Shown piece after piece: positions 27,297 to 35,668 of a stretch of DNA of 64,000 nucleotides; position 1 is the first letter of the stretch; each line of letters starts with the position of its first letter. The stretch covers positions 816 through 64,815 of the forward strand of contig JAFECB010000006.1 of NCBI GenBank assembly GCA_018242365.1, written 5' to 3'. This DNA is from Pseudomonadota bacterium (GTDB taxonomy: Bacteria; Pseudomonadota; Gammaproteobacteria; Xanthomonadales; Xanthomonadaceae). Position numbers and translations under genes: made by a program. The notes beneath the pieces were generated by a model. The model was not told the origin of the DNA. It saw only the letters and a list, made by a program, of their open reading frames with translations, and did not search any database.

Positions 27297-28346
27297 ATGC
27301 ACGCGTCCAGCGACAGCATCGAGCAATCGGCAGCCGAATGGCTGGCACGCCGGGATGGCTGCGCGTGGACCGACGCCGATCAGTCCGCCCTGGACGTCTG
27401 GCTGGCGCAGACCACCGCGCACCGGATTGCCTTCCTGCGTCTGCAGGCAGCCTGGAACGCCTCCGCCCGTTTGCGCGTGTTGGGAGCAGGGCAAGCTGCG
27501 GAAGGACCACCTGCACAGACCTCGGCACAGCCACCGGACCGTCGTAACCAGATGCTGCTTGCCTTGCGACCACACGCACGATCACCGCGCGACAGGCAAC
27601 GTGCGCGCCGCTGGTGGCTCCGCCTTGCCACCGCCGCCGTGCTGGCCACCTGCGCCTCGTTTCTTGTCTGGCAGCTGCCGCTGCACGCCCCGCCCGCCGC
27701 CATTACCTACACGTCGGCCCCGGGCGTTGTGCGCACCCTGACACTTGCAGATGGCTCCCGCGCGACGCTGTCCAGCGACAGCCGCATCGAAGTCAGGCTT
27801 TCGGAAAAATTCCGCGACGTCGAGTTGAGCCGCGGCGAGGCGATCTTCGAAGTCGCCAAGGACCCGAGCAGACCGTTCCGCGTGGCCGCCGATGGCTATC
27901 GCGCCATCGCCGTCGGTACGCGCTATTCGGTGCGCAAGGATGCCGCGGATTTGCGCGTGGTGGTCACCGAAGGCACCGTGCGGCTGGAATCCCCCGCCAG
28001 CGCGGCATCCGGCAGCCCTTCGATCCTGCTTCCCGCAGGCAGTGTTGCGCTGGTGCGCCAAAGCGGCGTCCTCGTGCGCAGCGTCCCGCTGGCACAAGCC
28101 CGTGAAATGCTCACCTGGTCCACCGGCATGCTTGCATTCCACGACGCTCCGCTTTCGGAGGTGGCGGCGGAGTTCAATCGCTTCAACACGCGCAAATTGG
28201 TGGTGGCCGATGCTGACGCCGCGGCGCTGCGGATCGGCGGCAGCTTCCGCTGGGACAACGAGGATGCATTCGTGCGACTGCTGGAGGCGGGATTCCCGAT
28301 TCGCGCCGAGCAGGGCGTCGACCACATCACGCTTCGCACGCGCTGA
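27297..28346 (+). CDS. FecR-family transmembrane anti-sigma/sensor protein
   Basis: The ATG at 27297 lies 4 nt after the sigma stop. The N-terminus is AAEWLARRDG...ALDVWL...HRIAFLRLQAAW, followed by a single TM helix (WWLRLATAAVLATCASFLVW) and a FecR periplasmic domain (TLADGSRATLSSDSRIEV...GEAIFEVAKD...FRV). Confidence 0.9.
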   Translation: MHASSDSIEQSAAEWLARRDGCAWTDADQSALDVWLAQTTAHRIAFLRLQAAWNASARLRVLGAGQAAEGPPAQTSAQPPDRRNQMLLALRPHARSPRDRQRARRWWLRLATAAVLATCASFLVWQLPLHAPPAAITYTSAPGVVRTLTLADGSRATLSSDSRIEVRLSEKFRDVELSRGEAIFEVAKDPSRPFRVAADGYRAIAVGTRYSVRKDAADLRVVVTEGTVRLESPASAASGSPSILLPAGSVALVRQSGVLVRSVPLAQAREMLTWSTGMLAFHDAPLSEVAAEFNRFNTRKLVVADADAAALRIGGSFRWDNEDAFVRLLEAGFPIRAEQGVDHITLRTR

Positions 28347-28432
28347 ATCGAAGCGCGACGGGGGATTTCACGTATTCGTTCGTCTTGGACTCCTGACGGC
28401 CCGCCACGCGCGCCACATGGGGAAATACCGCG

Positions 28433-31400
28433 ATGCCTTCGATTCGTCCATTCCGCCGCCTGCTGCTGGCCCTCGCCTGCTCCGCCGCACTCGCGGCACA
28501 GGCGCAATCCAATAGCGTGCTCGACGTTCCCGCCGGAGATTTGGCCACGGCGCTGGCAACCTATGCCCAGCAGTCCGGGACCCAGCTGATCTATCGCGCG
28601 GACCAACTCAAAGGCGCCCGCAGCGGCGGTCTGCATGGCCAGGCGGCATCCCCGCAGGCACTCGATGCCTTGCTCAAGGGCAGTGGCTTCCGCGCCCAGC
28701 GCGATGCTTCCGGTGCGGTACTGATCGTGCCGAGCACAGGCTCACAGGCAGCACCCGCACGACCTGCACCGGCACCGCGAGCCACGCCGCAGGCTGTGGG
28801 CGAAACCGCGCCGACCGTCCTTGAAGGCATCCAGGTCACAGGCTCGCGGATCCCGCGTGCGCAGGTCGAAGGCCCGGCACCGATCACCGTCGTCAATGCC
28901 GAACAAATCCGCGCCGCCGGCTTCACCTCGGTGCCGGAAGTCTTGCGCTCGCTCAGCCAGAACAGCGGTAGCGTGCAGGGCCAGCAGAACACCACCGGCG
29001 CGCAGTCCACACCGGGAGCACAGGCCGTTGACCTGCGCGGCCTCGGCCCCAACCACACCCTGGTGTTGATCAACGGCCGCCGGGTTGCCGACTTTCCATT
29101 GCCGCTCAATGGCCGCAGCAATTTCACCGACATCGGCAACATCCCGCTGGGGATGATTGATCGCGTCGAGATCCTAACCGGCAGCGCATCCGCGGTGTAC
29201 GGATCGGATGCCATGGCCGGCGTGATCAACTTCATCCTGAAGAAATCCACCGACGGCACGACGATTGATTACCGCTACGGCGACACCAGCCAAGGGGGCG
29301 GCCAGTCGCACAATCTGACGCTGACCACCGGCTTCGACCGCGGTGATTTCACCGGGATTGTCGGTGTCGAGTTCATCGACAAAAGCCCCGTCTGGGGCTT
29401 CCAGCGCAGCATCCAGGATTCCACCCTGGATGCACCGCCCGGACGCCGCCAACTGCCGCGTCTCATCGCGCAGCGTTACGACTGGGATGATGACGTCAAC
29501 ATCGCTGCTGCCGACGGCTGTGCAGCGATGGCCGGGTTGAACGAAGGCACGACAGTCGCTGCCCTGGATCGCTTCGGCGAACCCTACTGCGGCAGCACGC
29601 ATGCGATCTCCTATCGCACGATCGAGAACGAACGCCGCGGATTCACGGCTTACGGCTCGTTTGGATACAAGATTTCGGACAGCCTGTCCTGGTTCGCTGA
29701 CATCCAGCTTGGACACCAGAAAGTGAGGCTGCTGACCGGCACCAATGGCAATGACGTTGCCAGTGATCAGATGGGCTGGGAATTCCACGATCCGAATTCG
29801 ACCAACAACTATCGCGAGCCGATGTTCTTCAATGCCAACACCGGGCACTACGAGGTCTGGTCGCGGCAATTCAGTCCCGAGGAGATGGATGGCCTGCGCA
29901 ACCGCATGAACTCCACTACCGAGAACACCTTGGCGCTGACCACCGGCTTCAAAGGCTATTGGGGGCAAAATTGGGATTGGGAGCTGTCCTACAACCATTC
30001 CCAGTACAAGGCCGACGTGGCGATGCCGAGGATTCTCGCGGCCGCCGCCAACACCTACTTCCTGGGCCCGCGTCTTGGCTACGACGCCGACGGCTTCGCG
30101 ATCTATGCGCCGGATCCGACGCGCCTGTTCTCGCCATTGACACCCGGTGCCTTCGCCGCCTTCGGGGTGATGTCGGTGTTCCATCCCGTCGCCAAGAACG
30201 ACAACTTCAGCTTTACCGTCGATACCCCCGCCTTGTTCACCCTGCCTGCTGGTGATGTCGGCTTTGCCGGTGCCATCGAATATGGCCGTCAGTCCTATCG
30301 GATCAACCCGGATCCGCTGGCCCTGACCGAGGACGCCTACTACGGGCCGCGCTATGGCGACGGCAGCGGAAGTCGCAACCATTGGGACGTGGCCGCGGAA
30401 TTGCGCGCGCCGCTGCTGGACACACTGCAAGCCAGCCTCGCTGGCCGCTTTGATCGCTACAGCTTCGCCAATCGCAACCCCGGCAAGTTCACCTGGAGCG
30501 CCGGTCTGGAATGGCGTCCCGTGGATAGCCTGCTGGTCCGCGGCTCCTACGGCACCGGCTTCCGTGCGCCGGACATGCACTACCTGTTTGCCGGCAACGA
30601 TTACTACAGAACCCGCTACGCGACCGACTACTACCACTGCCGCACCGCCGAGCCGGGCTGGAGCGATGACGATTGCTATGACGACGGCAGTTACGACGGT
30701 GCCACCTTCGACGTCTACACCGGCAATCTCGATCTGGACGTGGAAACCAGCAAATCGGCCACGGTCGGATTCGTGTGGTCGCCCACTGCCAATTTCGACC
30801 TTGCAGTGGATTACTACGCGATCCAGGTGAAGAATCAGGTGCAGACCCAGGACCGCGAATTGCTGCGCGTCACCGAAGCCAACTGCAGGCTGGGCGTGAC
30901 CGATACCGGGGCCGCCGTGGACATCAATTCACCAACCTGCCAGGACGCGCTGGCCCGGGTCATCCGCGACGTCAACGGCGACATTTCCAGCGTCCATTTC
31001 GGGCCGATCAACATCGCCAGCGAACGCACCACGGGCATTGACGTCACCGCAAATTACCGGCTTGCCACCTCCGATGCCGGCAATTTCGCATTCAGCGCCA
31101 ACTACAACTGGACACGCCGCCACAACCGCCAGCTGTATCCGGGCGATCCGACCGAAGACATGCTCGATCTCAGCTTCAGCGACACCACCTTGCCACGCAC
31201 CAAGGCCAATCTCAGCGTGAACTGGGACAAGGGCCAGTGGGGTGCCAGTCTGTTCGGCAATTACCTCGGCAAGGTCGCCAATTTCGCCAACGATGCGTGG
31301 ACGCCATCCACCTGGCGCTTCAATGCAGGCGCACGCTACGACATCAACGACCACCTGCGTCTCGCCCTGTCGATCACCAACCTGTTCAACCAGAAACCAC

Positions 31401-31516
31401 CGAAGGATCCGACCTGGACGAGCTATCCCTACTACGACACGTCATGGTTCGACTCCATCGGGCGCAGTTTCTTTCTGCAGGTGACATGGAAGTTGGGTGG
31501 CGTCGCGCTGAGGTAA
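28433..31516 (+). CDS. TonB-dependent transducer (TonB-dependent receptor with an N-terminal STN signalling domain)
   Basis: 1027 aa with a signal peptide. The STN domain is LDVPAGDLATALATYAQQSGTQLIYRADQL...LDALLKGSGF, the TonB-box/plug is LEGIQVTGSRIPR...RVEILTGSASAVYGSDAMAGVINFI, followed by a long beta-barrel. Confidence 0.9.
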   Translation: MPSIRPFRRLLLALACSAALAAQAQSNSVLDVPAGDLATALATYAQQSGTQLIYRADQLKGARSGGLHGQAASPQALDALLKGSGFRAQRDASGAVLIVPSTGSQAAPARPAPAPRATPQAVGETAPTVLEGIQVTGSRIPRAQVEGPAPITVVNAEQIRAAGFTSVPEVLRSLSQNSGSVQGQQNTTGAQSTPGAQAVDLRGLGPNHTLVLINGRRVADFPLPLNGRSNFTDIGNIPLGMIDRVEILTGSASAVYGSDAMAGVINFILKKSTDGTTIDYRYGDTSQGGGQSHNLTLTTGFDRGDFTGIVGVEFIDKSPVWGFQRSIQDSTLDAPPGRRQLPRLIAQRYDWDDDVNIAAADGCAAMAGLNEGTTVAALDRFGEPYCGSTHAISYRTIENERRGFTAYGSFGYKISDSLSWFADIQLGHQKVRLLTGTNGNDVASDQMGWEFHDPNSTNNYREPMFFNANTGHYEVWSRQFSPEEMDGLRNRMNSTTENTLALTTGFKGYWGQNWDWELSYNHSQYKADVAMPRILAAAANTYFLGPRLGYDADGFAIYAPDPTRLFSPLTPGAFAAFGVMSVFHPVAKNDNFSFTVDTPALFTLPAGDVGFAGAIEYGRQSYRINPDPLALTEDAYYGPRYGDGSGSRNHWDVAAELRAPLLDTLQASLAGRFDRYSFANRNPGKFTWSAGLEWRPVDSLLVRGSYGTGFRAPDMHYLFAGNDYYRTRYATDYYHCRTAEPGWSDDDCYDDGSYDGATFDVYTGNLDLDVETSKSATVGFVWSPTANFDLAVDYYAIQVKNQVQTQDRELLRVTEANCRLGVTDTGAAVDINSPTCQDALARVIRDVNGDISSVHFGPINIASERTTGIDVTANYRLATSDAGNFAFSANYNWTRRHNRQLYPGDPTEDMLDLSFSDTTLPRTKANLSVNWDKGQWGASLFGNYLGKVANFANDAWTPSTWRFNAGARYDINDHLRLALSITNLFNQKPPKDPTWTSYPYYDTSWFDSIGRSFFLQVTWKLGGVALR

Positions 31517-31542
31517 AGATCGCGCGATCCCGCAAGATCAAG

Positions 31543-31569
31543 AAGCCCCGGCATGTCCGGGGCTTTTCA
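31543..31569 (+). terminator. Rho-independent terminator hairpin
   Basis: The arms AAGCCCCGG and CCGGGGCTT flank the loop CATGT, and the structure is followed by TT(C). It lies 27 nt after the TBDT stop, in a convergent gap with the acyltransferase gene. Confidence 0.7.
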
Positions 31570-31592
31570 TGTCCGATTCCGACGGGAGCCCG

Positions 31593-32159
31593 TCAGTCCT
31601 CCGGCTGCCGCACATCATGGTTGCGTCCCTTGTACGGCGCGTACCAGCGCTGGATGCGGGCGATGTCGGCGTCCATGTCATCGGTCAATGCGATCGGCGA
31701 CCCGATGCCGATCGTGCGACTGGGATAGTCGAAATACGCCGGCACCACCGGCACCCCGGCACCGTGGGCGATCTTCCAGAATCCGGTTTTCCACGCCGTC
31801 ACTTTCCTGCGCGTGCCTTCGGGGGCAACCGCGTACCAGATCGAGGCCTGCCCACGCATCGCCGCGACCGCCTGCTCGATCACGCCGAAGGGTGCCCTCC
31901 GATCGACCGGGATCACCCCCTGCCAGCGCAGCAGCTGCGCCAGCAGCGGGATCTTGAACAGGCTGTGTTTGCCCAGCACCGACAGGCGGATGCCAAGCGC
32001 GACCTTGGCGGTGATGCCCCAGAGGCCGTCCCAGTTCGACGAATGCGGCGCGGCGATCAGCACGGCCTTGGGGAGGTCCGGGAACTCGCCGACCATCCGC
32101 CAGCCGCCGACGCGCATCAACGTGCGCGCCAACCACTGCGCAAACGCGCTGCGCGGCAT
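31593..32159 (-). CDS. PlsC-family lysophospholipid/1-acyl-glycerol-3-phosphate acyltransferase
   Basis: It has the HX4D motif (APHSSNWD) and the EGTR motif (VAPEGTRRK). The ATG at 32159 was verified. The track start 32216 is TTG and overlaps arfB. Confidence 0.75.
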   Translation of the reverse strand: MPRSAFAQWLARTLMRVGGWRMVGEFPDLPKAVLIAAPHSSNWDGLWGITAKVALGIRLSVLGKHSLFKIPLLAQLLRWQGVIPVDRRAPFGVIEQAVAAMRGQASIWYAVAPEGTRRKVTAWKTGFWKIAHGAGVPVVPAYFDYPSRTIGIGSPIALTDDMDADIARIQRWYAPYKGRNHDVRQPED

Positions 32160-32212
32160 CTTCGGCACCGACGGCGGCAGCGTCGGCACGATGGCATTCC
32201 CCTGTGTCCCGC

Positions 32213-32626
32213 TCAATCCCAGCCTCGCCCACTGCGCCCCTGCTTGATCGTCGCACGTCCGCGCTTTTCGCCCAAGCGGCGTTCCTTCGCTGCGCGTCCC
32301 GGCCTGGTGGCGATGCGCGGCTTCGGGACATGCGTCCCGCTTTCGATGAACGCCGCCAGTCGCACGCGCGCATCCTCGCGGTTGCGCTCCTGGGTGCGGA
32401 AGCGTTGCGCGGAAATCACCAGCACGCCCTCGGCGGTCAGGCGCCGATCACGCTTGGCGAGCAGGCGTTCCCGCACCGTTTCCGGAAGTGCAGGTGAATT
32501 GGCGACATCGAAACGCAGTTCGACCGCAGTCGCCACCTTGTTGACGTTCTGCCCACCCGGACCCGACGCCCGCACGAAGCGTTCGCTCAGTTCTGCTTCG
32601 TCGATGTCGATCCGGCCGATGCGCAT
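32213..32626 (-). CDS. arfB: Alternative ribosome-rescue factor ArfB (YaeJ, peptidyl-tRNA hydrolase)
   Basis: 137 aa. The GGQ motif lies in RASGPGGQNVNKVATAVELRF, and there is a basic C-terminal tail (KERRLGEKRGRATIKQGRSGR). Confidence 0.9.
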   Translation of the reverse strand: MRIGRIDIDEAELSERFVRASGPGGQNVNKVATAVELRFDVANSPALPETVRERLLAKRDRRLTAEGVLVISAQRFRTQERNREDARVRLAAFIESGTHVPKPRIATRPGRAAKERRLGEKRGRATIKQGRSGRGWD

Positions 32627-32700
32627 GGTGACGAATCTTACCGGGCGCGCTGCACGTGCAGGAACCTTTTCCTGGCGTAGCCGTGGTACGAAAGAGCTTT

Positions 32701-32832
32701 TGACGCGGATGAACGCGGATAAACGCTGAGAAGACGGAGAAGACGGAGAAGACGGAGAAGACGGAGAAGACGGATCAAATTATTTCTTGCTTGATCCGCG
32801 TTTTCCGCGTCAATCCGCGTCAATCCGCGTCC
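32701..32832. repeat. Composite element: inverted arrays of a roughly 10-bp ACGCGGAT motif flanking the 9-mer microsatellite and a hairpin
   Basis: The left arm is TGACGCGGAT GAACGCGGAT AAACGC (32701-32726). The right arm is ATCCGCGTTT TCCGCGTCA ATCCGCGTCA ATCCGCGTCC (about 32793-32832), which is the reverse-complement orientation of the same motif. Between them lies CGGATCAA-N12-TTGATCCG (about 32770-32799). Confidence 0.85.
32728..32772. repeat. Perfect 9-bp microsatellite (GAGAAGACG) x5
   Basis: Five exact head-to-tail copies lie at 32728-32772, in the 243-nt spacer between the truC stop and the arfB start. Confidence 0.95.
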
Positions 32833-32869
32833 AAGCCGCTTTCGAACCCCGATAGCACCGAGGCAGCAG

Positions 32870-33595
32870 TCATGCATTCGCGCCGAACAGTGACAGTACC
32901 TTGCCGAACTCCGCATCCACTGGTGCCAGCACTTCGATGCGCGCCCCAGTCTGCGGATGCGTGAACGCCAGCCTGCGTGCATGCAGCAACATCCTCTGCA
33001 CGCCCAGCATCCGGAAATTGCGGTTGTGGCGGCCGTCGCCGTGGCTGCTGTCACCGATCAAATGATGCGACAGGTGCTTGAGATGACGGCGGATCTGGCG
33101 GAAGCGGCCGGTTTGCGGGCTGGCGCGCAGCCATGCGTAGCGCGAGGTGTCGAAGCCCGAGCCGGGCATCGCCAATTCACAGGTGGCAAGCACCTCGAAC
33201 GCGGTAATGGCAGGTTTTTTCTCCGGCTTGCCGGGGCCACCGTCCAGCGGATGGTCGACCGTGAATCTTGTTTCCGCGGGCCAACCGCGGCAGATCGCCC
33301 AATAGTCCTTTTCCAGCGCGTGCGCCATCACCTGCTTTCCCAACGCCGCGGCGGTTTCGCGATCAAATGCCAGCAGCAGGCAGCCACTGGTGGCACGGTC
33401 CAGGCGATGCACGAGGAAGATGGGTTTACCGAACTGCACGCGCAGGCGGTCGGCGGCAAAATCGGTCTCACCACGCGCCAGAGCGCTGTCGTGGACCATC
33501 AGGCCAGCGGGCTTGTTGACCACCGCCAACGCGGCATCGGCATGGAGCACTTGCAACGCCGCATCATCGCCAAGTAGCTCAGGCATGCACGCCAT
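32870..33595 (-). CDS. truC: tRNA pseudouridine(65) synthase TruC
   Basis: Motifs are VVNKPAGLMVH, the catalytic HRLDRATSGCLLLA, and the TruC-typical FRQIRRHLKHLSHHLIGDSSHGDGRHNR...QRMLLHA. The start is ATG 33595 or 33586. It overlaps the CDF gene stop by a few nt. Confidence 0.85.
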   Translation of the reverse strand: MACMPELLGDDAALQVLHADAALAVVNKPAGLMVHDSALARGETDFAADRLRVQFGKPIFLVHRLDRATSGCLLLAFDRETAAALGKQVMAHALEKDYWAICRGWPAETRFTVDHPLDGGPGKPEKKPAITAFEVLATCELAMPGSGFDTSRYAWLRASPQTGRFRQIRRHLKHLSHHLIGDSSHGDGRHNRNFRMLGVQRMLLHARRLAFTHPQTGARIEVLAPVDAEFGKVLSLFGANA

Positions 33596-34565
33596 CGACA
33601 GCGCAGTGATGCGCCTCCATCTGCAAGGTTGCGTGCGCGATTTCGAATCCATCATGCAGGACGCCAGCCACCGCTGCGCGCACCGCGTCCGGATCGCTGC
33701 CCGACTCCCCCAGCACCACATGCGCGGTCAGGATCGGTTCGTTCGAAGCCAAGGCCCACACGTGCAGATCGTGAATCGCGACCACGCCCGGCACCGCCTG
33801 CATCGCCTTGCGCACGGCATCGACATCGATCCCGGCCGGCACACCCTGCATCAGCACATGCACCGCCTGCAGCAGCAGCACCCAGGTGCGCGGCAACACC
33901 CACAAGCCGACCAGCACCGCCACCACCGGGTCGACCCAGGCCCAGCCGGTGAAATGGATCAACAGCGCGCCGCCGATGACGCCCAGCGAGCCGAGCATGT
34001 CGCTCCAGACTTCCAGGTAGGCGCCCTTCATGTTCAGGCTTTCGCCGGCACCGGCCGCCAGCAGTCGCATCGATAGCATGTTGGCAATGAGGCCGAAACA
34101 GGCCACGATCAGCATCGCCGTCGACGCCACCTGCACCGGCGCACGAAAGCGCTGCAGTGCTTCCCACAGGATGTAGCCGCCGACCAGGAACAGCATACTG
34201 CCGTTGATCAAGGCACCGATCGCTTCCATCCGCGCATAGCCGTAGCTGCGCCGCGCGTCCGCCGGTCGTCGGCTCAGCCGCACCGCGAACAGGGAAATGC
34301 CCAGCGCCGCCACATCGGTCAGCATGTGCGCGGCATCGGACAGCAGGGCGAGGCTGTTGCTCATCACCCCGCCGACGATTTCCGCGACCAACACCGCGAG
34401 CGTCAGGCCGAACGCGATCCACAACGGACGCTCGTGCTTGATCACCTTCGGAACATGGCTATGCCCGTGGCCGTGGCTGTGTGCATGGGCATGACCATGG
34501 TCGTGGTCATGATCCTGATGGTCGCGGCCATGCGCGTGGTGGTCGTGGTTGTGGCCGGCGGCCAT
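33579..34565 (-). CDS. czcD: Cation diffusion facilitator (CzcD/ZitB-type Zn/Co/Cd exporter) with a His-rich N-terminus
   Basis: From ATG 34565 the translation is MAAGHNHDHHAHGRDHQDHDHDHGHAHAHSHGHGHSH, followed by the CDF signature SNSLALLSDAAHMLTD, six TM helices and a C-terminal domain. Confidence 0.85.
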   Translation of the reverse strand: MAAGHNHDHHAHGRDHQDHDHDHGHAHAHSHGHGHSHVPKVIKHERPLWIAFGLTLAVLVAEIVGGVMSNSLALLSDAAHMLTDVAALGISLFAVRLSRRPADARRSYGYARMEAIGALINGSMLFLVGGYILWEALQRFRAPVQVASTAMLIVACFGLIANMLSMRLLAAGAGESLNMKGAYLEVWSDMLGSLGVIGGALLIHFTGWAWVDPVVAVLVGLWVLPRTWVLLLQAVHVLMQGVPAGIDVDAVRKAMQAVPGVVAIHDLHVWALASNEPILTAHVVLGESGSDPDAVRAAVAGVLHDGFEIAHATLQMEAHHCAVDGVHA

Positions 34566-34636
34566 CGAGGCCTTCCTCTGATTGCAAGCGGCGCAACAGT
34601 ACCGGCAGGCGCAGCGGTTACACAATTCCAGCGCGT

Positions 34637-35668
34637 TCAAGCACGCAGCGAGTGGCGCAACCGCTGCAATCCGTCCGCCATCGTCACTCTGGGCGCGTAA
34701 CCGAAATCGCGCTGCGCCGGTGCCATCGAATACCAGTGCGGCGTGCTGAGTTGTTCGGCCAGAAAGCGCGTCAACGGTGGATCGTCACGCAAGGGCAGCA
34801 GGGTCCACAGCGCTTCGCAGACGGCACCGATCACGTAGGCCGCGCCATACGGAATCGATTTGCGCACGATCGGTGCATCGGCGGCTTGCAGCAGGCCGTT
34901 GAGTACTTCGCGCAGCGGCCACGGTTCGCCATTGCTGATGAAATACGCCTTGCCTGCGCAGGCAGCGCCCGCATGCAGATGTTCCAACGCATCGCAATGG
35001 GCCTGCGCGGCATTGTCGATATAGGTGGTATCGACCAGATTGTTGCCACCGCCAACCAATCGCACCCGCCCACTGCGTGCACGCGCCACCAAGCGCGGCA
35101 GAATCTGGGTATCGCCCGGCCCCCAGATCAGACGCGGGCGCAACGCCACGGTGAAAAGTGCGTCGGAGTTCGCCGCCAGCACCGCACGCTCCGCAATCGC
35201 TTTGGTCGTTGCGTAGTGCGACTTGAACGGCTCGCCATAGGGCACCTCTTCCGCGCCCGCGCCCTCGACCGGCCGGGTGGCACGGTGGGTCACGCTGGGG
35301 GTCGAGGTATGGACCAGTCTGGGAATCGCATGCGCGCGGCAAGCAGCCAACACGTTTTCGGTGCCGATGACATTGGCCGAATGGAAGTCGTCATGACGTC
35401 CCCACACGCCGGCCTTGGCGGCGTTGTGCAGTACCGCGTCGAAGCCGCCATCGAATGCGTGCAGGGTGGCATCGCGATCCGCCAGGTCGCCCTGTCGTTG
35501 CGGCACGCCGAGTGCATCCAGTGCGGCATGTCGACTTCGGCTGACGCTGGTCACCGAGTGCCCGCGCGCCTGCAAGGCACGGCACAAGGCCAGGCCGAGA
35601 AATCCGCCACCACCGGTGACCAGTACGCGCACTACTGCACCACCGCAGGCAGCCGCGTCGCCGCCCAT
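34637..35668 (-). CDS. oleD: OleD: NAD(P)-dependent 3-beta-HSD/epimerase-family reductase of the olefin (ole) pathway
   Basis: It has the Rossmann motif [11 protein letters not shown], the catalytic YATTK, and a position directly after oleC. The start is ATG 35668 (37-nt overlap with oleC) or GTG 35632 (1-nt overlap with the oleC TAG). Confidence 0.8.
   Translation of the reverse strand: MGGDAAACGGAVVRVLVTGGGGFLGLALCRALQARGHSVTSVSRSRHAALDALGVPQRQGDLADRDATLHAFDGGFDAVLHNAAKAGVWGRHDDFHSANVIGTENVLAACRAHAIPRLVHTSTPSVTHRATRPVEGAGAEEVPYGEPFKSHYATTKAIAERAVLAANSDALFTVALRPRLIWGPGDTQILPRLVARARSGRVRLVGGGNNLVDTTYIDNAAQAHCDALEHLHAGAACAGKAYFISNGEPWPLREVLNGLLQAADAPIVRKSIPYGAAYVIGAVCEALWTLLPLRDDPPLTRFLAEQLSTPHWYSMAPAQRDFGYAPRVTMADGLQRLRHSLRA

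Noticed and set aside
32728-32772. Possible CRISPR array or coding Leu-Arg repeat (LLRLLRLLRLL in ORF 32638..33054).
   Set aside because: The repeats are only 9 bp and directly abutting, with no spacers, so this is not a CRISPR array. The ORF that reads through them overlaps the truC 3' end and has no start context or conserved sequence.
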